This document shows, piece by piece, positions 37,435 to 51,701 of a stretch of 64,000 nt of DNA; the stretch's first letter is position 1, and each line of letters opens with the position of its first letter. The position numbers and the translations under genes were made by a program. The notes beneath the pieces are model-generated. The model was not told the origin of the DNA, searched no databases, and saw nothing but the letters and a program-made list of their open reading frames with translations. The stretch spans positions 59,086,001 to 59,150,000 of the forward strand of contig NC_043004.1 of the NCBI RefSeq assembly GCF_006345805.1, in the 5' to 3' direction. This DNA is from Octopus sinensis. Lineage: Eukaryota.

Positions 37435-38860
37435 AGAGTATCACTCTTGGGATTGGAAGCTCCGTGGGTGCCAATATTCTACATGTCTTCGTATCTATAC
37501 TCATCAGTTCATTCTCTTGCCATTTTATGATTGCAACTCTATGCCGAAGCGATGCTATCGGATTTACTGCTTGGCAATATAATTCCATCCAGTCAATTTT
37601 AAGCGCAGCACCAATCGTAATCTTTGTAAATACTTTTTCTTCAGCTGTTCTTTCATTTCCGTCTCTAGTATTGAACTATTTGAACAAGGTACGTATGACA
37701 AGGTACTTATAGCCTTCCTTTTAAATTTGTTTCATCATTTCTCCATCTGGTAATTCTATCCCTGCCAGAGATTGTAATACCTTTCCTCATTCCAGACTCA
37801 TTACTCCACACTTCTGAGTCTGATTTCCATCTTAATATCAACACTAAAACAGAGGACAATTTTTTCCCAAGGAATTCACTTGAACCTCATTATCGCCATA
37901 CAGTTTCAAATCATCCATGAGAAGATGAGTGATTCTTTGTATTTTCCCGTCCAACTGATCTCAGGTTCATTTGGCTCAACACCTGGGTCAAAGGGATGAT
38001 GCAAAGTACAAAAAACAACAGAGATGAGCTATCTTTAGGAAAATTCTGTCTTGAAGCCCCAAGTGCCCAAGCTTTATCCATACGATGTCAACTCAGTTTC
38101 CCCAAACTACAAACTTCTATTTAGAAAACAAGTTACATTCCTTGCAATTTCAAATATATTTAAGTGCTCAACGATCCACGAATGTGGAATCATATCCTGA
38201 GCAGTGCGGTAAGCAAGCTTGGTCATTCCCAAATTTGTCGTTCGCTGATAATCTTGCATTACCATTTTGTTTATCAATAATTAGTGTTTAGCACCTCTGC
38301 ATTTCATCTTACAACCATTTATGTTCCATTGGCAAAAATTCATTATCATAAAAAAATTGTACACTTCTTCTACAACCCCTTCTGACTAACTTCCTCATTA
38401 ATGGAAGGTAACAAATAAGCTTGCAATTGTTTACAGCATTTCCTTCGATACGTCCTTTAAACATAAAACCATTCGTCCTTTGATCAACAACCCTGGAATT
38501 ACTTCTACTCCATCAATCAATGCCTCCATTTACGGCATCCAAATGTTCCTGTATATCATCAGGTCCTGCTACATTTCAATTGCTCATCTTTTAGCTCATA
38601 TTACTGATATGATTCGCTAAAGAGGATAACCCCTTGTTGCGCATAAAAAGCTGTTTCCTTCAGACTGCAAAGCCATTCAGCTCCAGTATTATGTTGTTCT
38701 TGCTTACTCCATATCTCACTCACAAACTGTCGATTTTCATCTACATCAGGAACTAATTTTTCGCATATTAAATTATCGTTAATTCCTTGAAATATTTTCT
38801 GGATGATTTTAAACAATCGGTTTTGCCGGTAGTGTTTAATCCGTTTATTACCATTATTAT
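37435..38860 (-). mobile_element. Old, decayed Dong/R4-type LINE fragment
   Basis: QNRLF...EIWSKQEQHNTGAEWL, THLLMDDLKLYGDN, SVDIKME, GYKYL; many stops and frameshifts; bracketed by AAT/TTA arrays. Confidence 0.7.
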
Positions 38861-39961
38861 TTGTTGTTGTTGTTGTTATTATTGTTATTTTTATTATTAT
38901 TATTATTTCCATTTGTCAAGGTGTGTAAATTACATCTGTTAATTTAGGGTAGGGTCTCTATAATGCTGCTCAAATTTATTCAATATTATGTGGCTTTGAA
39001 AGCGATAATTTAATTTAGGATAAGTTAAGAATCGTGTGCTACCTGTGGTGTGTTGAGAAATTGGAGTTTGTAATGCTAATACTGCTTAATTCATAAAAAC
39101 AACCACCCATTCGTCAGTCTGCCATCCTACGTCAGATTGGAGATTAATTGCTTCGAGTTAACAATGGAGTAACATATAGTTATGCAATCTGGGAGAAACA
39201 ACAGCTAAAATTTCCTCGCAGGCTTTCTACCATTTAAAAAAAGACAAGAGACATAGAATGTTATAGCCAGAAATATAAAATACCTCAAAAACAAATAGGA
39301 GGGGATAACAGTTGAACTCTTTTGATCTTAGGCTTCTTTGTTCACGAATCTCCTATGGGTAAACAGTAAGAAAATTTATATCGGCTTAGCTTGACATATA
39401 GTTATATTTTTACAGAATATGTTTAATTTCTTTGGACATGTAAAAATCATAGTCAACACGGCAAGAATTCAATCTACAACCAAAACTAAATTATAAATTC
39501 TGTAAAACAATAATGCTCTGATTAGATACAGAAGCAAGTGAGATGATTTATAAAGTTCTCTTCCTGGTCATTTGAGAGAAGCTCTTAATAGAGACCTTAA
39601 TTTTAGTGACTTCACTAGAAACCGGCTTTCAGCAGGCAGCACAAAGCACACACATCAACATACACACACTCACTCACGCATTCACTATTACGCCGAGTCA
39701 CGGACTGACACAGTTTAAGAGACACGCGTGCGCATATGAAGACGCACATACAGATACACAAAAAATGTATAGATCCACACATATATAAATATTTATTAAA
39801 GGTCTCTGACTACTCGTATACATGCAAAAGATACTTATTAATCTATATCAGCACACAAGAGATACGTACATGCATGCATACATTCATACATTGACATATA
39901 TTTATATGTATTTCTACGAATACATACATACACACACATATATATATATACACATATATAT

Positions 39962-40032
<71 letters not shown>

Positions 40033-40061
40033 CGTGCATGTGTGTGTGCATGTGTGCATGT

Positions 40062-40265
40062 ATGGATCTCTGCTTCGCAAATAATATGGACATCGTTCAT
40101 GATGTGAAAGTGACGCCGACACTAGTTTCGGATCACAACATAATAGAGCTGTCTATGTATGGACCAAAACTAGACATACAGCCAAAAGGAGGCACCCAAA
40201 ATCTCTCCAATCTGAACTTCCACAACTCAGACTGGAAATCGATCCAAAAAGAGATCATCAGTATA
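40062..40265 (+). mobile_element. LINE apurinic-endonuclease C-terminal fragment (CR1/L2/Jockey-like)
   Basis: DLCFANNMDIVHDVKVTPTLVSDHNIIEL...NFHNSDWKSI. Confidence 0.7.
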
Positions 40266-40600
40266 CGCAGTCATCACATTCGGTTGAAATGGCTTATTAT
40301 GTGCTTTGTTTCTCTTTTCCCCCTGATGAGAAGATCGCATTGTTTTACATCATTTTATTCCCTCTGGAATAATATCAATGTTTTCTACGAAACATATGTC
40401 GGAAGTATATTCAGGGTTCAGCTTCATTGCGTGGCATCTTCTGCAAGTGTTTTGCACTATGGCCTCTTGCCGATCAAAGGCTTGTGAATAGATTTGGAGG
40501 ACGGAAACAGAAAGAAGCCTATCGTATACATGCACATACACACACACATACATAAATATATTTATAACTTACACACACATATACACATATATATATACAT

Positions 40601-40637
<37 letters not shown>

Positions 40638-40790
40638 GGATAAAATGAGCAGCATATTAAAAATACCTTTAAAGGTTAAATTTATAAACAACTTATAAAC
40701 AAGGGCAAAAGAGAAAAATCCTAATGCCAAATAATGTCTATTTTCGGCATATTTGGCATTAGAAATTTCTTTGCCCTTATTTATAATTGA

Positions 40791-40835
<45 letters not shown>

Positions 40836-41017
40836 AATATTATATATATATAACTTACACACAAGTACAGAAACTTATGTGTATACCATTCTGCTTAAAT
40901 ATAATGGAACTGCAATACAATATCCCTGGATATCTCCCGTCTGCTTTCATTTCTCATCTTTACTCTCTATTTCATATCTTCTCTAGAATAACTATTGCTT
41001 AACCACTATCTAGCACC

Positions 41018-41065
41018 GTCTCCGATGAAAGGATATACAAAATATCTCAGAAACAGATGTAAGAC
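41018..41065 (+). ncRNA. Hammerhead motif in the PLE upstream repeat (U4->C)
   Basis: GTCT CCGATGA AAGGATAT-ACAAA-ATATCTCA GAA ACAGATGT A AGAC; same family as 2354-2401. Confidence 0.7.
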
Positions 41066-42700
41066 CTTCTCTTTATAAATGTTCTGAAATCTTTCACAAC
41101 CTTGGATTTTTATCTCATTCTGTTAATTATATATTAGATCTTTATTATGGAATCCTTAAAATTTATACTACAGAACAATTATTTCCTATTTGATGACACA
41201 TCCTATCGTCAGAAATGCGGAATTGCGATGGGGACGAAAGCAGATCCTCTTCTTGCGAACCTAATAATGGGTTATTTTGAATTCACCTTATATGAAGTAT
41301 CACTTCATAAATATGGTTTCCCATTTTACCTCTACATTAGAGAAAATCGGAAGAGATATCTAGATGTCTGCTTTATCATCTGGAAGGAGAACATCGACAA
41401 ACATTTGGATTTCAAATCAACGCTAAATGACATAAATAGTAACATTCAATTCACAATGGAATATAACAAAGAACACCTCCCATTTTTAGACATCATGATA
41501 AAAAAAAGTTAACAATGAAATCATAACTGACATTTATTATAAACCAACTGATTCAAAACAATATCTTCTCTTTAACTCATGCCACCCGAAACACATCAAA
41601 ATAAACATCCCTTTCAATTTAGCAAAAAGGATCTGCACAATAGTGCCTGATAGAACAACTCGGGACTTTCGTCTTCAAGTCCTCAAAACAACACTTATTG
41701 AAAGACAATATCCACCCTCACTTATCAACGAGGGAATTAAACGTGCCAAACAATTACACACAAAAACACCAAGAATAACAAAACATAACACCACACCTCA
41801 CCTCAAAACATTACTATTTATATCAACACACAACCCCAGCAATAGTGAGGCATTCAACACTATTGTGCAAACTCTCCCTTTACTAACTAGAGATCCAAAA
41901 ATGAACGACATCCTGAAAACACACAAACTCATCAAATGCAAAAAACAAAACAAATCGCTAAAGAGACTTCTAACAAATGCGAAGCTTTACAAAACTACCA
42001 CGAAACCAACGGTTGAAAAATGTGGACGCCCAAACTGTGGAACCTGCCCCAACCTGCTTGAAGGCTCAGATTTCCGTTTCAAACAAGGACAAAGGTTCAC
42101 AATTAAAACTAGTTTCACTTGTGCCTCTGAGAACCTAATTTATGTAATAACCTGCTCGGACACCACTATATTGGACAAACGAATATGACCTTGAGAAAGA
42201 GAACTCAACATAAAAAGCAAATCCGTTACCCGCAATACAGACAAATTCCTCTCAGTGAACATATAGAAAAATGTGCAGGTAACATCAAACCAAATTTCCC
42301 AGTCTTCCCATTCTTCCAGTGTAAAGACGCAATCTCTCATTAGAAGGTTTAAATAAAGAAACTTTTTTCATTGAAAAATACAAAACACGTCTTAATATGC
42401 ACGCATAACCCAACTTTTATCTTTTTACATATTTCAGTTCACGATTACATCAATGTACATAAATCCCCTACTAAATAAGGTTTTTGAAATTTATCTCTGT
42501 CTGTACACATATAATCCCCACCCATTATCGAAAGCTGAACTGTTATCTCCCTTACTCACAACAATAACAATAATAATGACAACCAATTACCTCCCTTTAT
42601 TTATCTACATGTGAAGTCATTCACTCGTGAATTTCATCACACACAACATGGACGAAATTCCTTCTTAAGAGAAAATATATATTCAAATAAGTAAAACATG

Positions 42701-42735
42701 ATATCATGAATAGCGATAGCGAAACCAGTCGATAT
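42701..42735 (+). ncRNA. Minimal hammerhead-like motif with A3-U8 covariation in the PLE tail
   Basis: ATATC ATGAATA GC-GATA-GC GAA ACCAGT C GATAT. Confidence 0.6.
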
Positions 42736-42910
42736 ATAAAAAAATTATATTAAAACTATGTAAGTGTGGGTATTTTCCTTTTTTAATTTCTTATATACAT
42801 TACAATTCACTACGTGGGGATAATCGAAATTTCTCTTTTCTGTTACTACTACTACTACTACTACTACTTACTATATATTAATATATACACACACACACAA
42901 CACACACACA

Positions 42911-42955
<45 letters not shown>

Positions 42956-42962
42956 ATAATAT

Positions 42963-42994
<32 letters not shown>

Positions 42995-42999
42995 GTTAC

Positions 43000-43405
43000 C
43001 TTTACTTGTTTCTGTCATTTGACTGTGGCTATGCTGGAGCACTGCATTTAGTCGAGCAAATCGACCCCAGGACTTATTCTTTGTAAGCGTAGTACTTATT
43101 CTATCGGTTTCTTTTGCCGACCGGCTAAATTACGGGGACGTAAACACACCAGCATCGGTTGGGAAGCGATGGTGGGGGACAAACACAGACACACAAATAC
43201 ATGCACACGTACATACGCACACATATACATATACATATATACGATGGGCTTCTTTCAGTTTACTTCTACCAAATTCACTCACTGGTCTTCGGTCGGCTCG
43301 AGGCTATAGTAGAAGACAGTCGCCAAAGGTGCCACGCAGTGGGAATGAACCCAGAACCATGTGGTTTGTAAGCAAGCTACTTACCGCACAGCCACTCCTG
43401 TGCCT
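43000..43405 (-). mobile_element. SINE family A, full length
   Basis: Reverse complement of the 12341 and 19730 copies. Confidence 0.88.
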
Positions 43406-44159
43406 ATATGTATATGTCTTTATACATACATATACAGACTCACAGAGATATGCATATGTTTATACGCATATGCAGTTTGTGATACACGCAGCTACATACA
43501 GCAAAGTAAAACGAACGACAATCACACCATAGCAGTATCAAATTAGATGCAAATGCGCATGCGTAGTCACTACAGCAGTAAAAGAAAACACCTAATAAAA
43601 TGCATGACATATAAAAAAAACAACAACATATACAGACATGAAAAAAAAAGAATAATAAAAAAGCAGATGCTAGTCCACAGACCACAACACTATCTCACAA
43701 AATTTGAAAAGCATAAACCATAAAACACTTTCACAAACGTTAGAAATATTGAAAAAACATACAAGAGAACAACAAAGTGGTTTTTCCTTACTAAATTTTA
43801 TATTCAACTCATACAAAAGTCTTTTAGTAAAATCAATTTCATAAAATAAGAGGTGTTAAAAACACAAAAAAAAAATTACCAACAAACAATGAATTATTGA
43901 TATGTTCACCTCTTGTTTTATTCTATTTTGTATGTGTTTATTTATTATCAGAATATTCCAAGATGGCGTTAACTAAAGAACAAACCTGCTTAGATTTCGG
44001 CTGCGATGGTTAATGGTTAGATTTCTCATGCGCTCACATATTCAACGCCGGAAATGCTTTTAAAGGTAAATTGCACTTGCTTGAAATTCGTTGTAAATCT
44101 CCAGCCTTCACACTGATGTGGCGGGACAAAGTGATGTTTATATGAATATTTGTTTGTTT

Positions 44160-44353
44160 ATGTGTTCTCTTTCTTTCTTTCCACCTTTTGCTTTCTTTCC
44201 TCCTTTTTGTTTCTTTCTTTTTCTTTTTTGTTTCTTTGTTTGTTTGTGTGTTTCTTTCTTTCTTTTTTCTTTCTTTCTTTCTTTCTTTTCCTTTCTTTCT
44301 GTATTTCTTTCTTTCTCTCTTTCTTTTTTCTGTCTTTTCCTTTCTTTCTTTTT

Positions 44354-44440
<87 letters not shown>
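44160..44440. repeat. (CTTT)n microsatellite and decayed flank
   Basis: Directly visible; explains the KKER/FLSF ORFs. Confidence 0.95.
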
Positions 44441-44971
44441 GTGTGAGTGTGGACTGGTATATTGTCGAGATGTCACGATTTGTATGTCCTATGGTTTGTG
44501 AATATGTGCGCGCGTGTGTGTGGGGTCTGTATGTAGTTGAATGTGTACCCTTGTCTGTGTCCCTGCGTATATAAACATGCTTGTGTGCGTGGTTGGCACA
44601 TTGACGAGATGCTAGGATTTCTGTGCATATGTGCGTGCGAGAGTGAGTAAGTTGTGTGTGTGTGTGTGTGTGTGTGGCGAGTATATACCACTATTGTCTG
44701 TGTGTGTATATGAATAGGCACTGGTGTAGGTGAGAGGTAAGAAGTTTGCTCAGTCTTGCTGCGTGGCACCTTGGGCAAGTGTCTTCTGCTTTAGCTTCAG
44801 GCCGAATAAAGCATTGTGAGTGGATCTGGCAAGCGGAAACTGAAACAAGCCATATGCGTCTAACGTCTGATCTCTGACTTCCAGCCGAAATCAGACCGCC
44901 ATGTTGATTCGTTAGCTCCTGCACGCATTTTTTTTCTCTCCTTGTTTCTCTCCGTGTTTCTTTTCTGTGTA

Positions 44972-45009
44972 TCTTTCTGTTAAAGAGCGTAGGCTGGAAA
45001 CGTAAAAGA
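44972..45009 (+). ncRNA. Hammerhead-like motif (GAGC-GTAG family), decayed
   Basis: TCTTT CTGTTAAA GAGC-GTAG-GCTG GAA ACGT A AAAGA; sits between the 5' (44720-44852) and 3' (45290-45525) halves of a SINE A. Confidence 0.55.
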
Positions 45010-45102
45010 CTTGTTCTATTTCTATTCCTGAGCGCCATACTAATACAATTGTTTGTTTGTACTCCACCTGCCTTCGTCGTTTGTTTATTTTCGTAAAGCT
45101 TC

Positions 45103-45188
<86 letters not shown>

Positions 45189-45207
45189 ATATATGTATAT
45201 ATATATG

Positions 45208-45243
<36 letters not shown>

Positions 45244-46024
45244 TGTATGTATGTATATGTGTGTGTATGTGTGCGCGCGTGTGTATGTGTGTTTGTTTGT
45301 GTGTGTGTGTGTGTATGTGTATATACGCGCACGAGTCTTTGTGTTTGTGCATGTCTTCCGCTGACGCTTGATAGCCGATGTCGGTTTGTTTACGTTCCCG
45401 TAACGTAGTGGTTCGGCATAAGATACCGATGGAATAAATTACAGATGTAAAGAAAACGATTCTTTCGACTAACACTTTTCAAGGCTGTGCCCCAGCATGG
45501 CCGCAGCCGAATGACTGAAAGAGTAATCGATGAAAGAGGAAGGATATGTGTACGTATGTATGTGTGTGTTTGCGTATGTGAGGGTGTTTGTGTTTGGGTA
45601 TAAGTTTGACGTATGTTAGTGTGCGATGTCTATTGAAATGTGCGTGTGTATGTGTATTGGAAATTGTGTTAGTATCGTTTTCAATAGGAGAATGTTTCTT
45701 GGTGTGTAAGACATTATGAAAAGAAATGCTTGTATGTCTCTTTGCTTCGCTATACGTGCCAATGTGTCAGAGTGTATGCATGCGCGAATGTATATGTGTT
45801 TGCAGATGTGTTCACGTTTTGATGAGTCTTAAGGCGTATCTTAATGGGTGTTGCCCGTTGGAATATTACCATACGTATAGTTGAGGTTGTTATATTGAAG
45901 CATTTAATAGACATACGCAGTCTGATGATTAAGACAACGTAAAGTGGATGTCTGTCTCTGTTTTCCTCTGTATTTACATATATATTGCGTGTGTATATCA
46001 CTGTCTTTTATCGCAGTGTATGAC

Positions 46025-46270
46025 TCTTTTACTCTTTTACTTGTTTCAGTCATTTGACTGTGGCCATGCTGGAGCACCGCCTTTAGTCGAGCAAATCGAC
46101 CCTGGGACTTATTTTTGTAAGCCTAGTACTTATTCTTTCGGTGTCTTTTGCCGAACCGCTAAGTTTTGATGCGTCTTAAACACACCAGCATCGGTTGTCA
46201 AGCGATGGTGGGGGGACAAACACAGATACACAATCATACATATCTATCTGTCTATCTATCGATCTATCTA

Positions 46271-46340
<70 letters not shown>

Positions 46341-46505
46341 TACGACGGGCTTCTTTCAATTTCCGTCTACCAAATACACTCACAGGGCTTTGGTCGGCCC
46401 GAGGCTATAGTAGAAGACACTTGCCCAAGGTGCCACGCTGTGGGACTGAACCAGGAAACATGTGGTTGGTAAGCAAACTACTTATCACACAGCCACTCTT
46501 GCACC
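46025..46505 (-). mobile_element. SINE family A with an expanded internal microsatellite
   Basis: Tail, 3' body, (TATC)(TC)(TA) spacer and head on the minus strand. Confidence 0.88.
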
Positions 46506-47272
46506 TATGACTGTGTAAAATCTTTAACAATATATAAGATAATGCGTTTATATGCAAATGAGCATGTGTGAAATAAAGAAAACGCCGACGAAGTTAGAAG
46601 CTTATATCAATGTGTGTAGAATTGTATGTGTGCTAGTATGCGAGCTTAAACGTTTTCTAAGATATTTTTATAGAAATGCGTACGTTTTTCGAATGTCAGT
46701 ATTTACGTGCATATCTAATTAATTATGTATGCATATCTGCTTGTTAGCGTCAGTGTAAATGTTCGTGGGCTAACATTGAATGGATCAACAGATAATGGAC
46801 GTCTATGTATAACCGTGTGCACATGTTTATGTGTGTGTATAGAAATTTAAATCAGCATTTTCAGGTCAATAATAATGAATCGACAGGGCTTTGTGTGAGA
46901 CTTAAACACAGTTCTGAGCATTGATGTACATGCATATATACATATACGCACGCGTGAGCACACACACACACATATATATACATATCCATATATATATATA
47001 TATATATTATATATAACAATATATATTATATATATATATATATATATACTCACACAAACGCACTCACACACACACATATATATATATATATACATGCATA
47101 TATGGGAAAAGGACGTCACCGACGGCCTGATCGACATGAGGAGTAGGTAGACATCCAGAAACTGACGAAGGGTCCTTTCTATGTGTTTACTTGTCCTGTT
47201 TTCCATTTTTACTCGTTGTTTACGTATTTAATGTTATTCGCACCGCCGGTGACGACCTGTAGCCACCTATGC

Positions 47273-47320
<48 letters not shown>

Positions 47321-47729
47321 TATATATATTATTTGATACATATATATATATTTATGCATTATTTATTATATATATATATTATTATGTGTGTGTGTGTATA
47401 CGTAATATACAAATTTACAAGTCTATATATAAGTGTATATCCATATACACATATATTTATATATAGAGCTAAAATTTGTTCAGATGCTCTCTGAAGATCT
47501 CCACATCTAGACCTTAGAAATCTGTGAGGGTGTTTGGCAGAATTTTGAATTATTGTGGGCCCCTGAAACTCAAGCTTTTACTGTACTGGGTGGACAAAAT
47601 GGACACTTTGGTACTATGCAGAGCCGTCCAGTTTGGTAGTTCGTATAGCTTTCGATTCCAAAGTGTGGATTTGGTTGACAGAAACTGAAAGAAGCCTGTC
47701 GTATATATATATATATATATTATATATAT

Positions 47730-47806
<77 letters not shown>

Positions 47807-48065
47807 ATAGCTTGTGTGTCTATGTCTGTCTCCCCACCATATCTTCATGACCGATGTTGGTGTGTTTACGTAACTTACCGGTTCACCCAAAGCGAACGAA
47901 CTAATAAATACTAGGCTAACAAAGAATAAGCTACGGGGTAGATGGTCGTCTCTAAAAGCAGTGCTCCAGCATGGCATCAGTCAAATGACTGAAGCTAATA
48001 AAAGAGTAAAAGAATTAAAGAACACACACACATCTACATATATACATGCATTTATATATATATAT

Positions 48066-48111
<46 letters not shown>

Positions 48112-48119
48112 TTATATAT

Positions 48120-48223
<104 letters not shown>

Positions 48224-48712
48224 GTATATATATATACGCATATAAAAAACGGTTAATTGGTTAAGAGACATTTATACATTCTCTGTTTTGTTAATTGCAT
48301 TCATTTTTGCACATGACCTCTCCAGCTTTATCTAAACACCAACAAGCCCAAGTATTGCTACTAGCAACAAATGATTAATAAATATGCATGACAGAAGCTA
48401 GCAGTATTGATTCGAATTTGTCCCCTAGTTACGTCAGATTAACGCCGTTCCTTCATCTCATTAAAGTATATCAAGCATAGAATTTTAATTATGGGTTAAA
48501 TGATTGACTTGAAGCTAATGCTACAATATGAAAGGGAAAGAGAAAATGCGAAAGAGCCACCAATGACAAATACTAATAAGCTGTAATATTCAGGTTTACA
48601 TTCTGACACATACAAATGGATATATATATATATATATACATAAATATATTATATAAAGATGTATGTATACATATAATTGTATATATGTTGAATAAAATAC
48701 AGAGCTATATAT

Positions 48713-48769
<57 letters not shown>

Positions 48770-49107
48770 GCATGCACAACAATATTGTGTCTGTTTTTTA
48801 TGTGTACAGTTATTTTGTGGAAACATGATATACATATTCATGTGTTTATCTGCATTCATACATCCGAACACATATATTCGTGTATATACAATATACATAC
48901 ATACATACAGACATACGAGCATACATAATATATACATACGTACATGCATACACACATTCTTACCTATATATATATATATGTGTGTGTGTGTGTATATATC
49001 TATCTATGAAATATATATATGTATGTATGTATGTATTATGTATATATGTATGTATGTATAGGGATGCGAGAGAGAGAGAGAGAGAGAGAGAGTGAGAGAG
49101 AGAGAGA

Positions 49108-49140
<33 letters not shown>

Positions 49141-49503
49141 CGACAAGTGGGGAGAGAGACCGACAGAGGCAGAAAGAGAAAAGTACAGAGAATGAAGGAG
49201 GGTGGAAGTGTGTAAGAGGAATACAAATAGAAAACTACACCGGGCGACTTATGTGGATTTAGACAGATGTGACATAAAAATAGATTGACAAGTTGAGAAG
49301 AAATAGTAGAGTTAAAGAGAATCATTAAAAAAGTGTAAGAAATGAGAGCGTAAGAATCTTAACAGAAAGTCAACAGTGAGTGAGGCCTTGAAGCACAAGA
49401 ATTAAGAATTATTGTATTGAAAGAGAAAAACTCCGCCATTTTTGTTGGGTTCTCTTCTTTTTTCATATATATATATGTGTGTGTTTGTGTATATATATAT
49501 ATA

Positions 49504-49907
49504 TCTTTATATATAAAAGTGAAGTTGTGTGTCTGTCTCCTACGATTTAGATTCCTAACTACTCCCACATTTTGCGGTGCAGTGTAACCAAAACCGGGTA
49601 TCTTATAGTCGTGATTCATATCGAGCCCTTCTGGGTATTAGCGCGTGTCTACGATGAGACTACGATTTAAAAAAACTAAAAAAAAAAATTACCATCATTT
49701 TTTCCCATTTTTAATGCATTTTTTGCTATTATATAAGGGAAGTAACTCTCTAAAATGTATTATTAAATCTCAGAACGTAAAAAGCTACAGTAACACCCCC
49801 CACTTTGTGGTTAGCCATATTGAGATGGATATTATACTTTACATCTCTAAAAATGCCTATATAGTTATTTCCCTTAAAACCTGAGCAACGCCGGGCGATA
49901 CTGCTAG
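49504..49907 (+). mobile_element. Non-autonomous Helitron
   Basis: A|TCTTTATATATAAAAG 5' end; CCTGAGCAACGCCGGG-CGATACTG-CTAG|T 3' end. Confidence 0.8.
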
Positions 49908-49960
<53 letters not shown>

Positions 49961-50038
49961 TATAAGAAAAAAGGTTTGAAAATGGCAATTTAACGATGTT
50001 TATTTACTTAACCGTTTCACTCTTTGGTAAAAGATTGT

Positions 50039-50198
50039 CAAAAGTTACATTTAAGGAAACATTGAATAATATGGTTCAAAAAAGTTTTTACATAATTGTC
50101 ACATTGAATATTATGCATTCAAAAGTTTTTACATAATTGTCACATTGGATATTATGAATTCAAAAATGTTTTTTTATACATAATTGTCACATTACATG
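50039..50198. repeat. About 41-bp AT-rich minisatellite, about 3.5 units
   Basis: AAAAGTTTTTACATAATTGTCACATTGAATATTATGCATTC repeated; another AATTGTCACATTACATGTATA occurs at about 50321. Confidence 0.8.
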
Positions 50199-50620
50199 TA
50201 TAAATATATGTTTGGTACAAGAGAAGTTCAATAGTGTTTGAGAATATTTGGGAAAATTTGGCAGAAAAGGATAAAACAAATATATTATTGGGAATTGGTT
50301 GCGTAATTATTGGTTGTCGCAAATTGTCACATTACATGTATATATATACAATCTTGGTATATATATACAGCCTTTTGACAGCAAAAATTAAAATGGATTT
50401 TTTATACATCTCAGAATATTTTAAGTACAAGGCGAGAATATGTTTTTACTGACCTGTCGGTATTAGCAGAAAGGCTGAACTGAGAGAACAGAGGAAGTAG
50501 CCAATGTGGTGTATACTTCCCCTTTATGCATGAATGATTTTGGGGTTATCAGGAAGTTAGTATGCGGGTGTGAATAGATGTGTCCGTGCCCGCTGGTCAG
50601 ATAGCGTCTGTTTGTCACAC

Positions 50621-50651
<31 letters not shown>

Positions 50652-50724
50652 ACAACACACACACACACATAGTAAACAAACACACACCACATACAAACAA
50701 CACACACACACACAGAACATATAT

Positions 50725-50755
<31 letters not shown>

Positions 50756-50828
50756 GTATGTATTAATATATATATGTTATATATATATTATATATATATA
50801 TATATATTATATATATATATATATACGT

Positions 50829-51415
50829 AGGCGCAGGAATGGGTGTGTGGTAAGTAGCTTGCATACTAACCCACTAGTTCTGGGATCAGTCCCGCTGCAT
50901 GGTACCTTGGGCACGTGTCTTCTACTATAGTCTCGGGCCGACCAAAGCCTTGAGATTGGATTTGGTAGGTGGAAACTGAATGAAGCCCGCATATATATAT
51001 ATATATGTATGCAATCACACACACACACAATGTATATATAAGATATATATTCCTTTATTCATTTATTTGTTTCAGTCATTTGACTGCAGGTATGCTGGAG
51101 CACCACCTTTTGTCGAACAAATCGGCGCTGGGACTTATTCATTGTAAGCCTAGTACATATTCTAATGTGAGAATTTATATATATATGTATATATATATAT
51201 ATATATATACATGTGTTTGTTTGTGCGTTTGTTTGTCCCCCCACCAAGACTTGACAACGTCCCCGTAACTTAGTGGTTCGGCCATAGAGACCGATAGAAT
51301 AAGTACTCAGCTTACAAAGAATAAGTCCCAGGGTCACTTTGTTCGACTAAAGGTGGTGCTACAGCTTGGCCGCAGTTAAATGTCTGAAACATATAAATGA
51401 ATAAAAGAATAAAAG
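50829..51415 (+). mobile_element. SINE family A split by an antisense family A 3' fragment (about 51055-51165)
   Basis: Head at 50829-51000 and 3' half at 51220-51415, with the inverted fragment between them. Confidence 0.8.
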
Positions 51416-51513
51416 AATATATATATTATATATAGTGTATGTGTGCGTGTATCTCTTATTATAAATATATATATAAAAAATATATGTACATACATATATA
51501 CATATATATATAT

Positions 51514-51547
<34 letters not shown>

Positions 51548-51591
51548 CGGTCCATGTATCTAATGACCATGAGATTGCACCTAGATTGCAC

Positions 51592-51638
<47 letters not shown>

Positions 51639-51701
51639 TACACACACACACAAATTATTAAGGAGGCTATTCGCAATTTAGAACTGAAAGGCAGATGTAT
51701 T

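Larger units (their letters stand above)
40995..42790 (+). mobile_element. Penelope-like element: terminal repeat, 5'-truncated RT, GIY-YIG endonuclease and 3' tail
   Basis: NNYFLF..YRQKCGIAMG, RYLDVCF, LPFLDI, DIYYKPTDSKQYL..SCHP, CGRPNCGTC, NLIYVITC...YIGQT; frameshift in an A-run near 41500. Confidence 0.88.

Noticed and set aside
43960-44070. CAAGATGGCG start-like or YY1-like motif
   Set aside because: The ORF closes after 16 codons and there is no supporting promoter context.
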